Shown: piece by piece, positions 61,878-64,000 of the stretch | Layout: each line of letters begins with the position of its first letter | Position numbering within the stretch: position 1 is the stretch's first letter | DNA from: Podarcis pityusensis | Taxonomy: Eukaryota | Assembly (NCBI GenBank): GCA_964106645.2 | Contig: OZ067040.1 | Length of the DNA stretch: 64,000 nucleotides | Direction: 5' to 3' (one strand) | Made by a program: the position numbers and the translations under genes | The notes under the pieces: model-generated | What the model was told of the DNA's origin: nothing | Seen by the model: only the letters and a program-made list of their open reading frames with translations | Databases searched by the model: none

Positions 61878-64000
61878 AACTAACTTAGTTGGTCTTAAAG
61901 GTGCTACTGGAAGGATTTTTTTATTTAGAATTCTATTGTTAGCCTTGTATTTCTGACAGTTGCAAATTATCTACTTCTCAGATGTAACCATCTGACAATG
62001 ATTCAGCCATTAGCAGGCTGCTATGATAGGAATATTCAGTCTCAGAAGTGATCCCTGAGCTGTGTGCACAATTAAGACAGTACTGGGACACTTACTGGTG
62101 GGAAATGTTTGCAAATTGCTAGATCAGGCTACAGCTGTTTTGGGCTTGAATTTAAGCCCATAGAATAGAGTTTCTCAGTGGTGATATTAATGCACCTCCC
62201 CTATGTCATTATGTTGTGATGATACTGCAGCCTTTTATTGGGGCACAAATATTTTAAGGTCAGAGATCTAAGCAAACATTTCAGTTCATATTTCTTTCTA
62301 AGTTGATGAATACAAATGCTTTTGATTACTTCATGTTTTAACAATAAACATAAAAGCATGATTATCAAGACCACAGTACAACAGAAGGCTGCAGAATGAA
62401 TCATGAAGGCTGACAGAACCTTTCATCTGTTGGGAAAGTGAAAGAAGAGAAAGCAGGACAGCGACTAGAAGGTTGTCGATGTCTTCAGAGTTGTCAGTGT
62501 TCATTATCTTCCAAAGGGGTTGTGCATACAGTTTGGGAGTTGATGACAGATGTGGTGCTCCATGTTCTCCACACTTTCAGAAGGAATGAGCAGTAGCAGC
62601 CAGTGAGGTGAGGCAGCTTACCTGAATAGCTCTGGGGCAGAGCAGTGGGAAGATAGGGGCTGGCAGAGCCAATCCAGCACTTCCACCAGCACACCTGCAC
62701 AGCCCTAACCTTGCTCCGTCCCTGCCCCAGCACTAGCCAAGTAACCTGTAGCAACACTGGTGTTTGGATGCAAATCTGTGGCACTGCCCCACCACATTGG
62801 CCACTATTGTCAGTGAGCAGAAACCTGATTAAAATGGTGGTTTATTTTGATGGGCAATGGCAATAGAACATTTTGATTTACTTGGATCACATTTATAAAT
62901 GCCCCACATTGTGTGGACTGTTGGCACATAGGATATTGAATATTAGGTGATGGCTTTCTACTTGCAGAATACTATTGCCCCTAAGATACATTGATCTACC
63001 TATATATAGCAAGTCCAATCCATGTGTTTCTTAATGTGTTTGGGGAGAAGCACCCATCCTTCTGTTTCAAAGGGTTTTACATTGTCTCAGTACTTTGTGG
63101 CTAAAATCTATTCCTGTCCTTTTATGAATGTATGAATCGAGGGTTTCGTTAACACTAAATCAATGCAATAAAAAAGAACAGCCTTTTAGGCACTGAAAGT
63201 AGACACTTCCCCTGAGAGAAGGACTAAGCTGTTTGCTTAAATGTATTTTATTAAAAAGGTAAAAATTGTAGGTATTAGAACAGGGGTCCCTGGTGTGGTG
63301 CCCTCAGACACACACACTTGGTGCTCAGCAGGGGCCCCTGCCCATCCTATTGTACAAAGAGGTTTTTTGCTTTGGGGGAGGTTGGGTTGGGGCTCCTGTT
63401 CCTGTAAATTCCATCTACTTTGGGAGAAAGGAGAAAATGTTATAGCTGTTCTTAAACTCCCCATGATAGTGAATGGGGCACACAAAGCTCAATTTTATAT
63501 AAAGTTGCTCAGAAATCAGATTGAAAAGGTGCACAGAACAACTCAGAAACAAATCATTTTTTTTAATGCACAACTACAAGATGATACAAAGCAGTTGAAT
63601 TTGAACCTGCACCCATCTACGAAACTAATATGTCTTTGTGCACAAAAGTTGTGCTTTGAACTCTAAGGCTCACATTTCAGTATGTGATACGTTTACTAGT
63701 CAGTAGAATTCAAAATGAAGCATTACCTTTCTCATATTTCTCAGCAAAAAAAAAAGGAAAAAAAAGAGTTTTGGGGGCAAACATTTGGAATTCATTTTCT
63801 GTCAAGCCCTATTTGATGTCTGCCCATCAACAAAATTAGCAATCATATGAGAGGGAGAGCTAGCTTCAAATCCTCCTATCGTGTCCTTGCCCTTTACCAT
63901 GCATGCATGTGAGAGCATGTCTGCAGAGGACACACCCTCTACACACATGGATTCTCCCCATGATGAAGGGAGATCTGGGTTCCACATTGCAGGAGAACCC

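Larger units (their letters stand above)
61622..61926. mobile_element. Penelope-like element (PLE) terminal-repeat insertion with tandem plus inverted structure
   Basis: 11-bp TSD AGAATTCTATT (61611-61621, 61927-61937). 78-bp units at 61670-61747 and 61748-61825. Inverted copy 61836-61926. Inverted pLTR structure with hammerhead motifs is characteristic of PLEs. Confidence 0.85.
60068..64000 (+). other. FUT9: Probable FUT9 3'UTR / downstream region (end unknown)
   Basis: No AATAAA between the stop and 61658 (ATTAAA variants do occur). Mammalian FUT9 has a multi-kb 3'UTR. Extent here is inferred. Confidence 0.45.

Overview
Vertebrate genomic DNA, AT-rich and CpG-depleted outside one island. 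The Sauria SINE, BovB, CR1, L2 and Penelope repeats point to a squamate, probably a lacertid lizard (inference). The window holds one protein-coding gene, FUT9 (alpha-1,3-fucosyltransferase 9), on the + strand. It has a CpG-island promoter with a probable first exon ending at a GT donor after 17798, a ~41 kb intronic interval, and a single coding exon (acceptor AG 58981-58982, ATG 58991, stop 60067, 358 aa) followed by probable 3'UTR. The rest is intergenic/intronic DNA with transposon copies: a Gypsy LTR element running off the left edge, a Gypsy pol-end remnant, four Sauria SINEs, BovB/CR1/L2 3' ends, and Tc1/mariner-type and hAT-type MITEs. The most notable item is a 305-bp Penelope-like insertion (61622-61926, 11-bp TSD) ~1.55 kb downstream of the FUT9 stop. 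It carries three minimal hammerhead-ribozyme motifs: a 78-nt tandem pair on the - strand and one inverted copy on the FUT9 sense strand. It also supplies the first AATAAA after the stop. Also notable are a strong-Kozak upstream ATG in exon 1 that would be in frame with FUT9 if spliced directly to the coding exon, and a near-perfect 53-bp hairpin in intron 1. Nearly all other ORF-track entries are chance ORFs or repeat-derived.
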